Positions 1 to 12,456 of a stretch of 64,000 nt of DNA are shown piece after piece (within the stretch, counting starts at the first letter, position 1; every line of letters starts with the position of its first letter). The stretch is from the human T2T-CHM13v2.0 reference genome, Homo sapiens. The stretch lies in the NCBI RefSeq assembly GCF_009914755.1, contig NC_060931.1. One strand, written 5' to 3'. The notes beneath the pieces are model-generated. The model saw nothing but the letters and a program-made list of their open reading frames with translations, was not told the DNA's origin and ran no database searches. The position numbers and the translations under genes are program-made.

Positions 1-1044
1 AACAGCTTAGTGCCTTCAGCAGTGGCAGTCTCCTAAAACGATTGTCTATCAGTTAAAGGTTAACTGAGTATTTGGACCAAGTAGCAAACTAGAATTCTTT
101 TCATCTAATCTCTGTTTAATATAGGGATATCCAATATAACATCCTTGGGTCAGTGTAGTACATCTTACGTTAAGTTTTGTCTCTAATGAATATTTATATT
201 ACATAAATGGGAAAATTGGTGGGTTCCCTTGGTAGAAACATGATATTGGTATTTTTAAAGTAAACTTAAATAGGTCAGAATTTTTATCCTCTAGAGAAAA
301 TTTCACGTCTGATTAAATAGTTTACATAAACTTAATCTTTTTCTGCTAGATGCATTATAATCTCAGATATTATTCATGTAGCTATTCCTCTGTGAACCAT
401 AAAATGTTCATTTCTTCAAAATGAATATGAAGCTCAAAGCATTAGTGGTCTTAAGAGCATAAAAACTTTATTACTTTGTGCTTCACATTTTTCAAGTGAC
501 TTTGGAAAGCCGAAACAAATTTTGCATTTAGATTAATGGAAGATGTTTTCCATGTGAAGGAACTGGCAAGGGAGCAACAATAACAAAAATCCCCCAAGGT
601 TAAAAATGTAGTGCTTTTGATTCTTCCCAGAACTGTGTTAGCAGAACAATCATTTCTCAGCATGGAAAGGTATCATAATTGGTCTATACAGTGGCAATAC
701 TGAAAACGAGTATGCTTCAGAGAAAGCTAATATGACTCTACTTAATAATTTCCTTCAAGAGCCTGAATTTGAATGTATGTTCCACCCAGCTTGAGGCAAA
801 CAATTTGTTCCTATAAGTTCTAGTGGAAGTTACCGGGGGGTCATGTAATTTATTTTTGTCTTGAAGTTTTCAAAACTGTGTAGAAATAAAGACACGTTTA
901 CTTGCATTGTTCCACTAGTAATTTGATCCAATTGGCAATGCTCCTTTCTCTTCTTCTCAATTCTATTATGTTGGAAGAGTGGAAGCGTTCATAAAATGTT
1001 GTGACAAACAATTCTTCCTAGAGACGTTTCCTCTTTCTGTTTGA

Positions 1045-1377
<333 letters not shown>

Positions 1378-2854
1378 AAATGTTTGCATTATTTAGTAAG
1401 TGGTTTTTTATTATGGGTCTTTACTTACATGTGCTGTTATTGTCCTTTTCACTGGGATTATCTAGGTTTTCAATCTGTTTCTTTGTATTAATTTTTTGGC
1501 TATGGGACTAGTTTTAAAGCCCTACCACAGAAGTAGAGGGTCTGTAGTTGGAGTACGGTGAGTAACATGAGAGAATGTTTCCTTTTTTTCCTTGAAGAAT
1601 GGATAGTTTTAGGGGAATGTGTGCAGATGTCAGAAGATGGCTACATAGAGAATGAAGCATCAGAAGGTAGACACAGGTCTCTGCATTGCAAATATCAGTA
1701 ACAGGGATGAAGAAAGAACAGCAAAATTTTTAGAAAAAGTGTAAAGGATGGTTAGACACTTAGACCCTCTCTTTTATAAGTTTGATTGTGTACTTCTAAG
1801 AAGCAGCAATAAGTTGAAGGTAAAGTTATCTCAATACTCTGATAAGATGTGGTCTCTGGATTCATACCAAACATTAGAGTTCAAGGCATTCCCCTTCAGT
1901 TTATTTTATATTCCTCAAATGTATCTAATTCCTTAGGATTAATGATTTGTTTCTCTTAAAAACAGCATTTATTGCTTTAATCTGAGAAAAAAATAAGACT
2001 TCCAGTGTTTATATCTACAAACACAAGGATTGAAAAAAATTTTATAATCAGCCTCGCTGCTAATTCTTATAGGTGAAGCAATGACTTAGAAGAATGGGGA
2101 GACTGGAGTACATGATAGTTTTGTAGACAGCCACAGTTGGCAAAAGATGGTGGTGAGGCTGTCCCCGTTGTAAATCCTTTATCTCCATGAGAGCAACTGT
2201 TGCTGGCTAGTTTCTTGTGAATTAAGTATGCAGTTTGTCTTTTTTTTAATGTGATAAATGAACGTATTTTCTAACTGGCTATTTGCTTAATAAAAATGAG
2301 TAATATAATAAGGAATTAGGGGAGCATTGGAAAGATAATCACTGGGAGGTGAGAAAAAAAGTTATCTCTCTGCTTCAGTCCCTTATTCTCATCTTTATAG
2401 ATCAGTTCTCCCAGTGAGAAGCCAAATGGGATGTCATTCTTTGTTTGTTTGTTTCATTAATTCTTTGCAATCTATAGTAGGACTGTTGAGGAGAATGTAT
2501 AAACTGCAGGTTACCAGCAGGTGGAAGGAGGGGAATGAGGGCAGGTGGTCCATAAGCAGAAATATTAATTCTTGACTGATTGGGACAGTGAATATTGACC
2601 AACATTGAAAACATTATATTATGGTCTTATTTAGGCCTGAACACTGACAGCCAGTTGACAAGTCTAATTTTTTATAACTTAAATGTGGTTCATTTAGGAA
2701 AAACTGCCATCAAGGGCAATTCAATTCTATTATGACAATTAACTCTGACTTTGAAGTAAGTAGAATAAATCAGTTTATTTCTCAGTAAGGCCCAAATAAA
2801 CTGAGATTGTTGTGAAAATTATGCAGTTTGTGACTACAGTGTGGATGTTGTGTG

Positions 2855-2901
2855 TTGGGTTGTGCAGTGTACAACCTGCAAAGCTGTATGAGGCAACCTG
2901 G
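2855..2901 (-). mobile_element. MER91-like hAT end fragment
   Basis: Reverse complement caggttgcctcatacagctttgcaggttgtacactgcacaa resembles the MER91 terminus. Confidence 0.4.
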
Positions 2902-2902
2902 A

Positions 2903-3420
2903 CATTCTACTCCTAGCTATATACCCAAAAGAAAATACATGTTTCTACAAAACCTTGTACAGAATGTTTATAGTACCATCATTCATAATAGCTAAAAAGT
3001 GAAAACAACCCAAATGTTCATAAACTAATAAGTGGATAAACAAAATGTGGTGTATCCATAAAGTAGAATATTATGTAGCCATAAGAAAGAATGGAGTACC
3101 ACACGTGCTACAGCATGGCTGAACCTTGGAAACATTATGCTAAGTGAAAGAAGCCAGACACCAAACGGCACATACTGATTGTATGAGTACATTTAGATAT
3201 GAAATATCTAAAATAGGTAAATCCATTGCCAGTGGCTGAAATGGGGAGTGATTGCTTAATGGGTATAGGGTTTTCCTTTGGGGGTGATGAAATGTTCTGG
3301 AATCAGACAGTGGTGGGGTTGCACAACCTTGAAAACTACTGAAAACCCTGTGAAATGTACAGTTTAAAATGGTTAAAATGATACATTTTATGTTGCATAA
3401 AAGAACATTTAAAAAAATTA
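2903..3420 (+). mobile_element. L1MB-type LINE-1 3' end
   Basis: Typical motifs: caacccaaatgttc, tggataaacaaaatgtggtgtatccata, aaacattatgctaagtgaaagaagccagac. Confidence 0.85.
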
Positions 3421-3434
3421 ATCCAGTGGGGTCT

Positions 3435-3610
3435 GATGGCAAATTGACATGAGGGAACTTTTTTGAGGGTGATGGAAGTGTTATCAATCTAGATTAGAGT
3501 GATGGTTGCACAACTGTATAAATTTATAAAAACTCATCAAACTGTACTCTTAAAATGTGGGTGTATTTTATGGTATGCAATTATACCTCAATAAAGCTGT
3601 TTAAAAAAAA
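3435..3610 (+). mobile_element. Older L1M(D/E) 3' terminus with AATAAA and A-tail
   Basis: gagggtgatggaagtgtt...aaaactcatcaaactgtac...tatacctcAATAAAgctgtttaaaaaaaa. Confidence 0.75.
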
Positions 3611-6349
3611 CCCTCTCTGAGTCATTACTGAAATCAGTGCCATTTTCTGAATTTCAGAAATATCAAAGGAGAGCTTTCCTAGTGTGAATTTATCATAAAT
3701 AATGTTTGGTATTTTTTTTCCTTTGACTTAACGAGAGCCTGAGATGCAGAAACAAATCTGCACTTCCATGTTGTGTTACCCGCTTTGGGCCATGGCCCAT
3801 TTGCCAGTTGCAGATTGCCTCCTTGTCTGAAAATGGGTGTGTTTCTTCATAGTAACTCTCAATTCTATTGTTGGTGACAGCGCAATAATGGAACTTTCTT
3901 CTGTGTGGATAAGCCCCTTCAGTGATATTTGCAAATCAAATCATATCTGCTTTTTGTGCTACATTGTCCTCAAAATCTTCTGATTGGTTTGGTTATAGAC
4001 ATCCCTATATCAGCTTTCCTGTTCTCTTTCAGTTTAAATATCTGTATGCTGTAGCAAATTGCATTATGAAATCCTCTCACATTTATCGCTGTTTAGTGCA
4101 TGGAAATGGCATTTCCTCATTACCAGTCAAAGATAAACTCTAAATGTTTCTTTTTTTTTTTTTCCTGAAGTATCAAATTATGTATTCAAAAAACTTTTCT
4201 CTATAGCATTATTTCTCTGAGCTGTTTCTTTTTTCCCTCCTGAATGCTGACACCAGATGCAGTCTGCATGGACATTAGTCCCAGGGAAATCTTGTCTTCT
4301 ACCCAGGACAAGGAGATTATAGGAAGCAATGCTGACTCTTGTTGTAGATTCACAATGTGCTGACACGATAATAGGACATGAATGGGCTTTTGGAATGCCT
4401 TTTCCTTTGAGCTGGGCTGAGAGGGGGACAGAGGCAGACAGCTCCATGGCCTGAATTTCGTTAGCTGTGTGACAATGGGAGAGATAAGTAGATGTGACAG
4501 TTATGAATGATCCTCTGTCATGCACTTTCACGTTCAGATTCAGATAAACTGACACTGCTGTCAAACACAAGCTATGGAGAGCTGAGACCTCTGATGAACC
4601 TTCTAATATGGTAAATGGGAGTCTTAATTCTTCATTAACTGAAAAAAGGAGATTTGGCCATGTAATTTTCTCCTTGCTGCCTGTTTTAAAGATTCCAATA
4701 ACCCAGCATTTACAGTTGACTAGGCAGGGATTGCTTTTCCCCCCCTACACTTGCAACATGCAGACTGTGAAATCTGAGGAAACGCTGCTTAAACCCAGAC
4801 TTATTGCCTTGGTTATCTTTAATGACTTTGAAATGTATTGGCCTCATTATGGAACAGTGCAGTTATCAATTCCTCTAATTAGGTGATGTGCTCCCATAAG
4901 AAATTTAACATTAAAGCACAAAAATGAACTCGTTAGAGGCATCTATTGCTGGGAACTTCAGTATCAATGGTGAATTGAAGATACTGTGTTTCGTTACCAA
5001 CTCTTCTGCACCATACATCTGACTCCTCCTTGAAGACTAGAGCATGGGCATTTTTTTCTTTTTCCTTAAGGGTTTAATCCTCATATAGCACCTCTAACAC
5101 CTTTGATGACATTTTAGTGCTTCTGGATAGTAAACTGTGTGCCTTTGACTAAATCGACTAGGAGTCTAGGGAAGGGAGGAGGTGAGCAGTTTACATTTAA
5201 ATGCTCCACATATCAGCCCATCTTTCTTTCTTGGAATTTAACCCATGGCTATTTACTCTTTCTTATGTAAGTCCAATAAACTTCCTTTCTATAAGTAGCT
5301 TAGTACAGTCTTTGTTTTTATCACGATAGGGACCATTATTTGTTTATTAAATAGTGATGCTGTTTCACTCATAAATATTTCAGCTGTATTTCTAGAGAAG
5401 TAGGATGGGGTTTCTGGGTTTAGGCTTCAGTGAAGGGACTTTAAGTCTCTTAACCCTTCTTTACCTCAATCATCCATCTGAACAAAAAAAATCATTATAG
5501 CCTCCCCTTTGGGGAAACTACATAGTTTAATTAGTGTTTTCTAATAACTTACAAATCCTTAGAGAAAAGTTATAGTAGAAGCATAAGAAATTATCTTTGG
5601 GGTTAGTTTATTATTATTGCTATTATTATCATTATTACTATATGGGACTAGTTGTTTTTTTAAATTGGCTACTTGAAAATGTGTTTCAGATCTCATGGAG
5701 TGAAATTTACCTTTCATTTACCTTAGGGCTCAAATAAGAGTATACTGAATATAAAAATATGGAACACTAATTTCTTTAAAATACCTGAACCTATTAATAG
5801 CCAGGAGTGTTAACTTCGTCACCTGGAAGAAGATCCTGTCCTAACTTGAAAATGTTAGAATGAAAACCTTAATCGTCTCCTCTCAAAGGGTCATTGAGGA
5901 AGCTGGGCTTGAGTCTGTGCAGCTGTTCTTCAATAATGTTATATCATTCTGAACCAATTATCATCCTTAACCCAGATTTGCTTTGAATCTCTGTGGCATC
6001 TTGACTACTGTCTATAACAACGGTGATTGCCAGACACTGCCTGATGCTCAGGTTTCTATCAATCCTCTTCTTCTCCTCACAGCAGGTAGGAGCTTCTTGG
6101 TGTTCCGCTCCTTACCCAGGCTTGAGGAATAGTCCTACTTTTTGCCATGATGCCTTGCTGCAGTTCTGGCTCTTCCCTTGTGCTGTTGTTCTCTTTGTCA
6201 TGCAGGTTTCCCAGTATCTTAGTAGAAGCCTTGAACAATTCCTATTACCTTTTCAGACCTTCCTTCCAAGAACTGGGGGATGGGGGTGTTCTGGTCTTGT
6301 CACAGGTGGGTGCCACATGTAAGGACCCACTGGTTCATGGGATTCTTTG

Positions 6350-6582
6350 AGAGAGTCTGACGCTCACTTGTCTGGGTTAAAAGTCTGGTGCTGACACCTG
6401 CTTTCTGAATGACTTTAAGCAAGTTATTTGACTTCTCTTTGCCTCAGTTTCCTGCCTACAAAATGAAGATAATAGCGCCTGTCTTATCAAGGTTCTTAGA
6501 GAAGATTAGATGCATTAACACATGTAAAGCACTTAGAACGCTTTAAGTCACATAGTAAGCATTAATAAATATCAGTTGCTAA
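6350..6582 (+). mobile_element. MIR SINE
   Basis: Core gcaagttatttgacttctctttgcctcagtttcct...catgtaaagcacttagaac...catagtaagcattaataaat. Confidence 0.8.
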
Positions 6583-6763
6583 CAGCTTTTGCTTCTGCTC
6601 TGTTACCATTTTACTATCTCACCTCTCTCATAGCCCATAACAGCAAACCAAACTCTTTGGCTCTTGGTAGATATATTATTCTTAATGTTTGAGCCCTACT
6701 ATTTGCTATTGCTTCCTTTTTTACTCCTATAATGTGTGAAATTGAAATAAAAAACAGAATTGA

Positions 6764-6924
6764 GGCCAGGCACAGCAGCTTGTTCCTATAATTCCAGTGC
6801 TTTGGGAGGCCAAAGTGGAAGGATCGCTTAAGCATAGGAGTTTGAGGCTGCAGTGGGCTATGATAGCACCACTGTACTCCAGCTTAGGTGACAGAGCGGG
6901 ACCTTGTCTCAAAAAAAACAAACA
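6764..6924 (+). mobile_element. Alu monomer (FRAM-like or internally deleted AluJ)
   Basis: Left-arm start joined to right-arm end, A tail, TSD aaaaacagaattg. Confidence 0.85.
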
Positions 6925-7169
6925 AAAACAGAATTGGTCACCATGATATTAAAGAGCCATGAAATATATTAGCATGTCTTTTTTCTGCCTATCCCCTCTA
7001 TCCTAAACATTCCATGTAGTCTTGGGAAATAAATTCTTTAAGGTAGGCCAGTTATTATGAATATAACATGATTATCTATTGTGTTATGTTTACTGGGTTG
7101 ATGCCAAGGAAAAATGAATATGGCAGGTCCCAGCAAATAACAACAACAACAAAAATAGTATTGTCTACT

Positions 7170-7560
7170 ATTTCACAGAGGGTGTGGAGTTAGTATTGGG
7201 TTTTGAAGGATGAATAGGAGTTTATCAGATGAGGAGGATTGAGAAGAGCATTCAGGGCAAAGGTATGTGGAAAAATTGGTGTGGTAGTACACGCCAATCC
7301 TGGGACCTTCAAGTTGAACATTTAGGAGTGTAGTGTTTATGTTTCAGAAGCAGAGGATGAGTGGAGAGGGCAGCAATAGAATGGCATTAAGACCCTTGTA
7401 CAGTATACTAAGGAGTTTGGACTTAATCCTGTGGGCATGCAGGACCCTTTGAAAGATTTGCAGTGGGAAAGTGATCGGATCTGATTTGCTAACTCATTGC
7501 AATGGCTCTGTGGAAGAATATCTTGGAGAGGGGTTCAAGACTTGAGCCAGGGGACATATC
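7170..7560 (-). mobile_element. L2 LINE fragment
   Basis: gggttttgaaggatgaataggagtt...ctaaggagtttggacttaatcctgtgggc is typical antisense L2. Confidence 0.7.
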
Positions 7561-9714
7561 AAGTAGTGTTTCAAATGCTAACTACCCCCTCCTGCTTCTC
7601 ACATTGCTAAATAGAGTGCAGCAGAATGAGGTGTACTTCTGAAGACAGGTTTTTGAATCAGCTTTCCAGCAGTCCCTTGAGTACATTGAGAGGGTGCATG
7701 GAGGGAAGACATATCATCTTTACCCTGCCCTCTCCCCATGTTAATCTATTAAAAGAGATGGGAGCAAAGCTGCTATCACATTGGGCTTGACTGAAGACAG
7801 AAGTCCTTGAGCATCCTTCCCCTGAGTGCGGGCAAGCCTCGTGCTTGCAGAGGAGAGGAGATTAGAATAACATCTTCACTCTTCGGTGAGAGGGCAGGCA
7901 GACCCTCACACTAGATGGTTCCACCCCGGAGTTCAGGCTTCTCCTGACAAGTGTTGCGAGCATCTGATGTCCTTGGCCTCTCTTCTGCACTGCTTACCTT
8001 ACAGCAGTTAAGCATGAGGGCATTCTGTGTCTTCCTTTCTTTCCCTTCAGTTGCTTAAAGAAGATGAGAATTTGCTTTAAAGAAAAATATTAATAAATCT
8101 TTATAAAATGGCATTAAATAGAAAATCTCACACTCTTTTCTTCAGAATGCTTTTCTTCAATTGCCATTGTATCTTTTTGCCCCTTCCAAAGTCTTACCAA
8201 TTATTATTAATATATATTATCATAATTACTTGTAGAAAATCAATAGAATTGCTTGTCTTTATCAGCAGTGCTACCTTTCTACCTCTCTCTCCCTTTTCAT
8301 CCTCTCTTCGTCTCTTGCGAATTGTTGTTTCTGGGGGTATTATTATTGTAATTACGGAAATTGATAAAAATACCATGACAATTTCATGCCTCAGAATTAT
8401 TACACAGGGTTTATAAAAAAAGATTATTATACATCAATGCAGTATTTGTTATTCCTAAATGATTATTCCAGAAATACTAATCAAAAACATCTCCCTGCAG
8501 AATAGTACTGTGGCTTTAATATCAGCTGCTGTTTCTTTGAATGGGGTTGCCCAATCTTTCATCAAAGAAACACATCACCCATATCCCTGTCTTTAAAAAC
8601 AGCAATTATGTGTAAATGCCTCCTGATTTATTTGAGCCAGGGCCACTGGCCAGTATGAGTCACCACAATTTATTGCTAACCGTCACTTTTACATGATAGG
8701 TCTGTAACAAATATCTGCCGCATATTGTTAAATTAATCTTCCATTTAAAATTAATGGAGTTAGACTCCCCAGGTTCAATGTAATTTCATGTTCACGGGCA
8801 GGGAGGGATGTGTGCTGCATACAAAATGAGACAAGGCCCAACGCCCTAATCTTTCATCACCTTGAACCTGGAGACTAGGACGCGTCTCAGCACCAACTAA
8901 TGAGATTGAGCCTGCGTCTCTCCTGAGGATGCCGGCTCAAAGAGGCTTTTCTGCTCAGAAATAGCAGGCTCTGTCTTATTTTAATAATTCCTCAGATATG
9001 ACAAGTCTGATGTTATGTATGAAAGAGCCAGGCTTGAAAAAGAGATAAAATGAATTTTATATCATTACTTCAAAACCAAACCAAGGGAAGTGTGTTGTAG
9101 TTAAATTAAAAAAAAAAAAAGATAGGACACATTTTAGTCATGAAATATACTGACTGTAAACCAGGAGTCATCCTTTCATTTATTTTAATGCACAATCACC
9201 TTAGATTTCTCTTCTGTAATTTTTAAACCTATTCATGCGTTAATCAAAATAATGTGGATGAAAGCAGGAGCTTGTTCAATAAACATTTAGATGAAAATAT
9301 CAGAGGGGACATGTAATTCCTGATGGGGTATGTCATACTGAACCTCTGAAGTCCCATCGCTTCTTTTGGTGGCATCTTTTGAAAATGCATCTTTTTTCTG
9401 TGTACCACTAACCTATTACTGTTTAGTCTCTTAGACTTTAAAAATGCCTAAGCCAAATTACTCAGGGGTATTGGGTTCTCTCGTTTTTTTTTCTGTCTTT
9501 TTCACAAACCAGGTAACTATTTTGCATCCATGGAAAAGAAGGTTTTACAGAACAGATTTCGGCTCTCATACATCTATAGTACTTCTGGCAAATGGTTGCT
9601 GTTTTTTTGTTTGTTTGTTTGTTTGTTTTAATTCTTAGGGAGGACTGAGCCCCAGAGACAATGGGACCCTTTTCCTAGGTAAAGAAAACGTCTCTAGAAA
9701 GACACTAAGTTAAG

Positions 9715-9826
9715 AGCCAGGCAAGGTGGTGCACACTTGTAGTCCCAGCTACTTGGAAGGCTGTGACAGAGAATTGCTTGAGCCTAGGAGTTCAAGACCA
9801 ATCTAGACAAACATAGCAAGACCTCC
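9715..9826 (+). mobile_element. FLAM_A-like Alu monomer
   Basis: ggtggtgcacacttgtagtcccagctac...gagttcaagacc...catagcaagacc. Confidence 0.8.
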
Positions 9827-9917
9827 AGATAAGGTAAACTTCCTGGTTTTTAAAAATTCTGTGAGTTGAGTTCTGCTTCCTCAGAGGGGAATTCTAAGTA
9901 TCTGCACTTTGTGTCTG

Positions 9918-10184
9918 ATTTATTTATTTTATTTTTTTGAGACAGGGTCTCACTCTGTCTCCCAGTCTGGAGTGCAGTGGCACGATCTTGGCTCACTGCA
10001 ACCTCCACCTCCTAGGCTCAAACAATCCTCCCACCTCAGGAGGGAGCTGGGACTACAGGTGCCTGCCACAACACCTGGCTAATTTTATATGTTTTTGTAG
10101 AGACAGGATTTCATCATGTTGCCCAGGCTGGTCTTGAATTCCTGGGTTCAAGCAATCTGCCGGCCTCAGCCACTGTGCCTGGCC
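9918..10184 (-). mobile_element. AluJ with about 30-bp left-arm deletion
   Basis: TSD tgtgtctgatttat; the deletion joins gcctcagcc to actgtgcctggcc. Confidence 0.9.
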
Positions 10185-10507
10185 TGTGTCTGATTTATAA
10201 TACAACATATGATTGATTTTAAAGCTCTTTTTTGTGATTTGTTGTAATTTGGGACCACAATAATTTTTTTTCCAACCCCTTCTTCAGACATACATAATAA
10301 AATTTCTAAAGAAGTAGTATTGGTATTATACTACCTATAGCTTTTATTATTATTATTATTATTATTTTACTGGCATTCTATAACTTAGAATTCTATTTTC
10401 TTACAATCTTTGTATATTTAAATGAACATTAGGGATAGAAAAAATGTAAACTCTAATACAAGAATCAAGTATAGTCACTTAATTGACACGTGCAGTTTTA
10501 AAAATTA

Positions 10508-10734
10508 TAGTCACCCCTTGGTATACTGAGGGAATTGGTTCCAGTACCCCCTCACCTTCACCCCCATATATATTCAAGTCCTGCAGTGGGTCCTGCAGAG
10601 CCCTGTGTATGAAAAGTCGGCCCTCTGTATGTGTGGGTTTTGCATCTTTTGAATACTGTATTTTAAATCTGCATTTGGTTGAAAAAAGTCTGCATGTAAG
10701 TGGATCAAAACCCATGTGGTTCAAGGGTCAACTG
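10508..10734 (+). mobile_element. MER8 (TcMar-Tigger) DNA transposon
   Basis: attggttccag...gaaaagtcggccctctgtat...gaatactgtatttt...ttcaagggtcaactg. Confidence 0.85.
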
Positions 10735-11170
10735 TGTATCACTTTGATAGGCTATTTATAAGAGAAGATTTTAAAAATATTGCTCCATGTCTGTACTTGA
10801 ATAAGATTTAGAAAATCTTAGGGGTATTTTAGAACCAGATAAATTAGTAAAAATAATGATACTGTAAATTGGAAAATAAATGAATAATAGTAGGGCATCT
10901 TTCTCCATGAACCTGAATTGCTTTGCTTTCCTCTCTTTTGATGTCTGTAAGCTGTTGCGTTTTGTACAGTGGGCCTCAGGGTGCTTCGTGAGTCCCAAAT
11001 ACCAGATTTCTTTTTCTCTCTTCTACTTATAGTATATTTGCCTTAAGTTCTTGATATTTTCTTCTGCCCTCTTTTCTTCTTTTAATATCTTCAGCATTTT
11101 TCTTCTTTTTTCTTTCTCTCCCTCTTTCCTTCCCTTAAAAGGGCTTCTTTATTTTATATAGAAACTCATC

Positions 11171-11462
11171 TTTTTTTGTTTTGAGACAGGGTCTTGCTTT
11201 GTTGCTCAGGCTAGAGTGCAGTAGTATGAATCATGACTCTACTGCAGTCTAAACCTCCCTGGCTCAAGCGATCCTCCCACCTCAGCCTCCAAAGTAGCCT
11301 GGACCTCAGGCATGCACCACCATGCCCAGCTAACTTTTGTATTTTTTTAGAGACAGGGTTTTGCCATATTGCCCAGGCTGGTCTTGAACTGAGCTCAAGC
11401 AATCTGCCTGCCTCAGCCTCCCAAAGGGCTGGGGTTACAGGAATAAGACACTGTGCCCAGCC
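11171..11462 (-). mobile_element. AluJ
   Basis: Dimeric Alu with J-type gagacagggtcttg and ctcaagcgatcctcccacc. Confidence 0.9.
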
Positions 11463-11679
11463 TTCAATTTTTTTGTTATTGTTGTGAGTGAGTGAGTGAG
11501 AAAGAGAGAGAGAGCGCAGGTTGATATGCTCAAGCTTAAGGTCTGTAATGGGTTTAAAGCTCCAAGTTTTATAATCGGAATGGTAGAGACGGAAAGGATC
11601 TCTGATCTAATCCATCCTCCATTTCATAGGTAATGCCATGGAGGCCTGAAAAGGTTAAGGTTCTCAAAGATCAAAAATG

Positions 11680-12446
11680 TATCCTTTTGGAAAGTATTAT
11701 AGTGGTTCCTCAAAAAAATTTAACAGATAATTACCATATATGATTCAGCAGTCACACTTCTGGGTATATAATCGGAATTAAAAACAGGGACTTGGACAGA
11801 TACTTATATTCCAATGTTCATAGAAGCATTATTCATAATAGCTAAAAAGTGGAAACAGTCCACATGTATATCAGTTTGTAAATGAATAAATAAAATGTGG
11901 TATATCCATAGAACAGAATATTGTTGTTACTTTTGTTTTTGAGTTGCATTTTATTCTGTCACTGGGGCTGAAGTACAGTGGCACAATCACACCTCGCTGC
12001 AGCCTCAAACTATGGGGCTCAAGAAGTCCTCCTGCCTGGTACTACAGACATGAGCTACCATGCTCAGCCTGGAACATTATTACCTAGCCTTAAAAAGGAT
12101 GATAATTCTGACAGTCTGCAATACGAATGAATCAATGTAATTTGAAAACATTATGCTGATTGAAATAAACTACACACAAAAGGATAAATATTGTGGGATT
12201 TCACTGCTATGAGGTACCTAGAGTAGTCAAACTCACAGAGACAAAAAGTCACCAGGAACTGGGAAGAACAGTGGGATAGGGAGTTACCCATTCATGGGCA
12301 CAAGGTTTCATTTTGGGATGATGAAAAAGTTCTGCAAATGAATGTTGGTGATGATTAATAATGTGAATACTCTTAATGCCACTGACCATATACTTAAAAA
12401 TGGTTAGAATGGTAAAAAAAAATTTGTATATTTGCCACAATAAAAT
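11680..12446 (+). mobile_element. L1MB-type 3' end interrupted by an Alu monomer
   Basis: aatgttcatagaagcattattcataatagc...gaggtacctagagtagtcaaactcacagagac...ccacAATAAA. Confidence 0.85.
11921..12070 (-). mobile_element. Diverged Alu monomer nested in L1MB
   Basis: gtacagtggcacaatcacacctcgctgcagcctcaaac...gagctaccatgctcagcc; L1 text resumes at ggaacattatt. Confidence 0.75.
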
Positions 12447-12456
12447 ACACAGACAC

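Noticed and set aside
2511-2528. CTCF-like CCAGCAGGTGGAAG (and weaker hits near 7908, 50365, 50762, 63757)
   Set aside because: Each has mismatches at high-information core positions; cannot be called without ChIP data.
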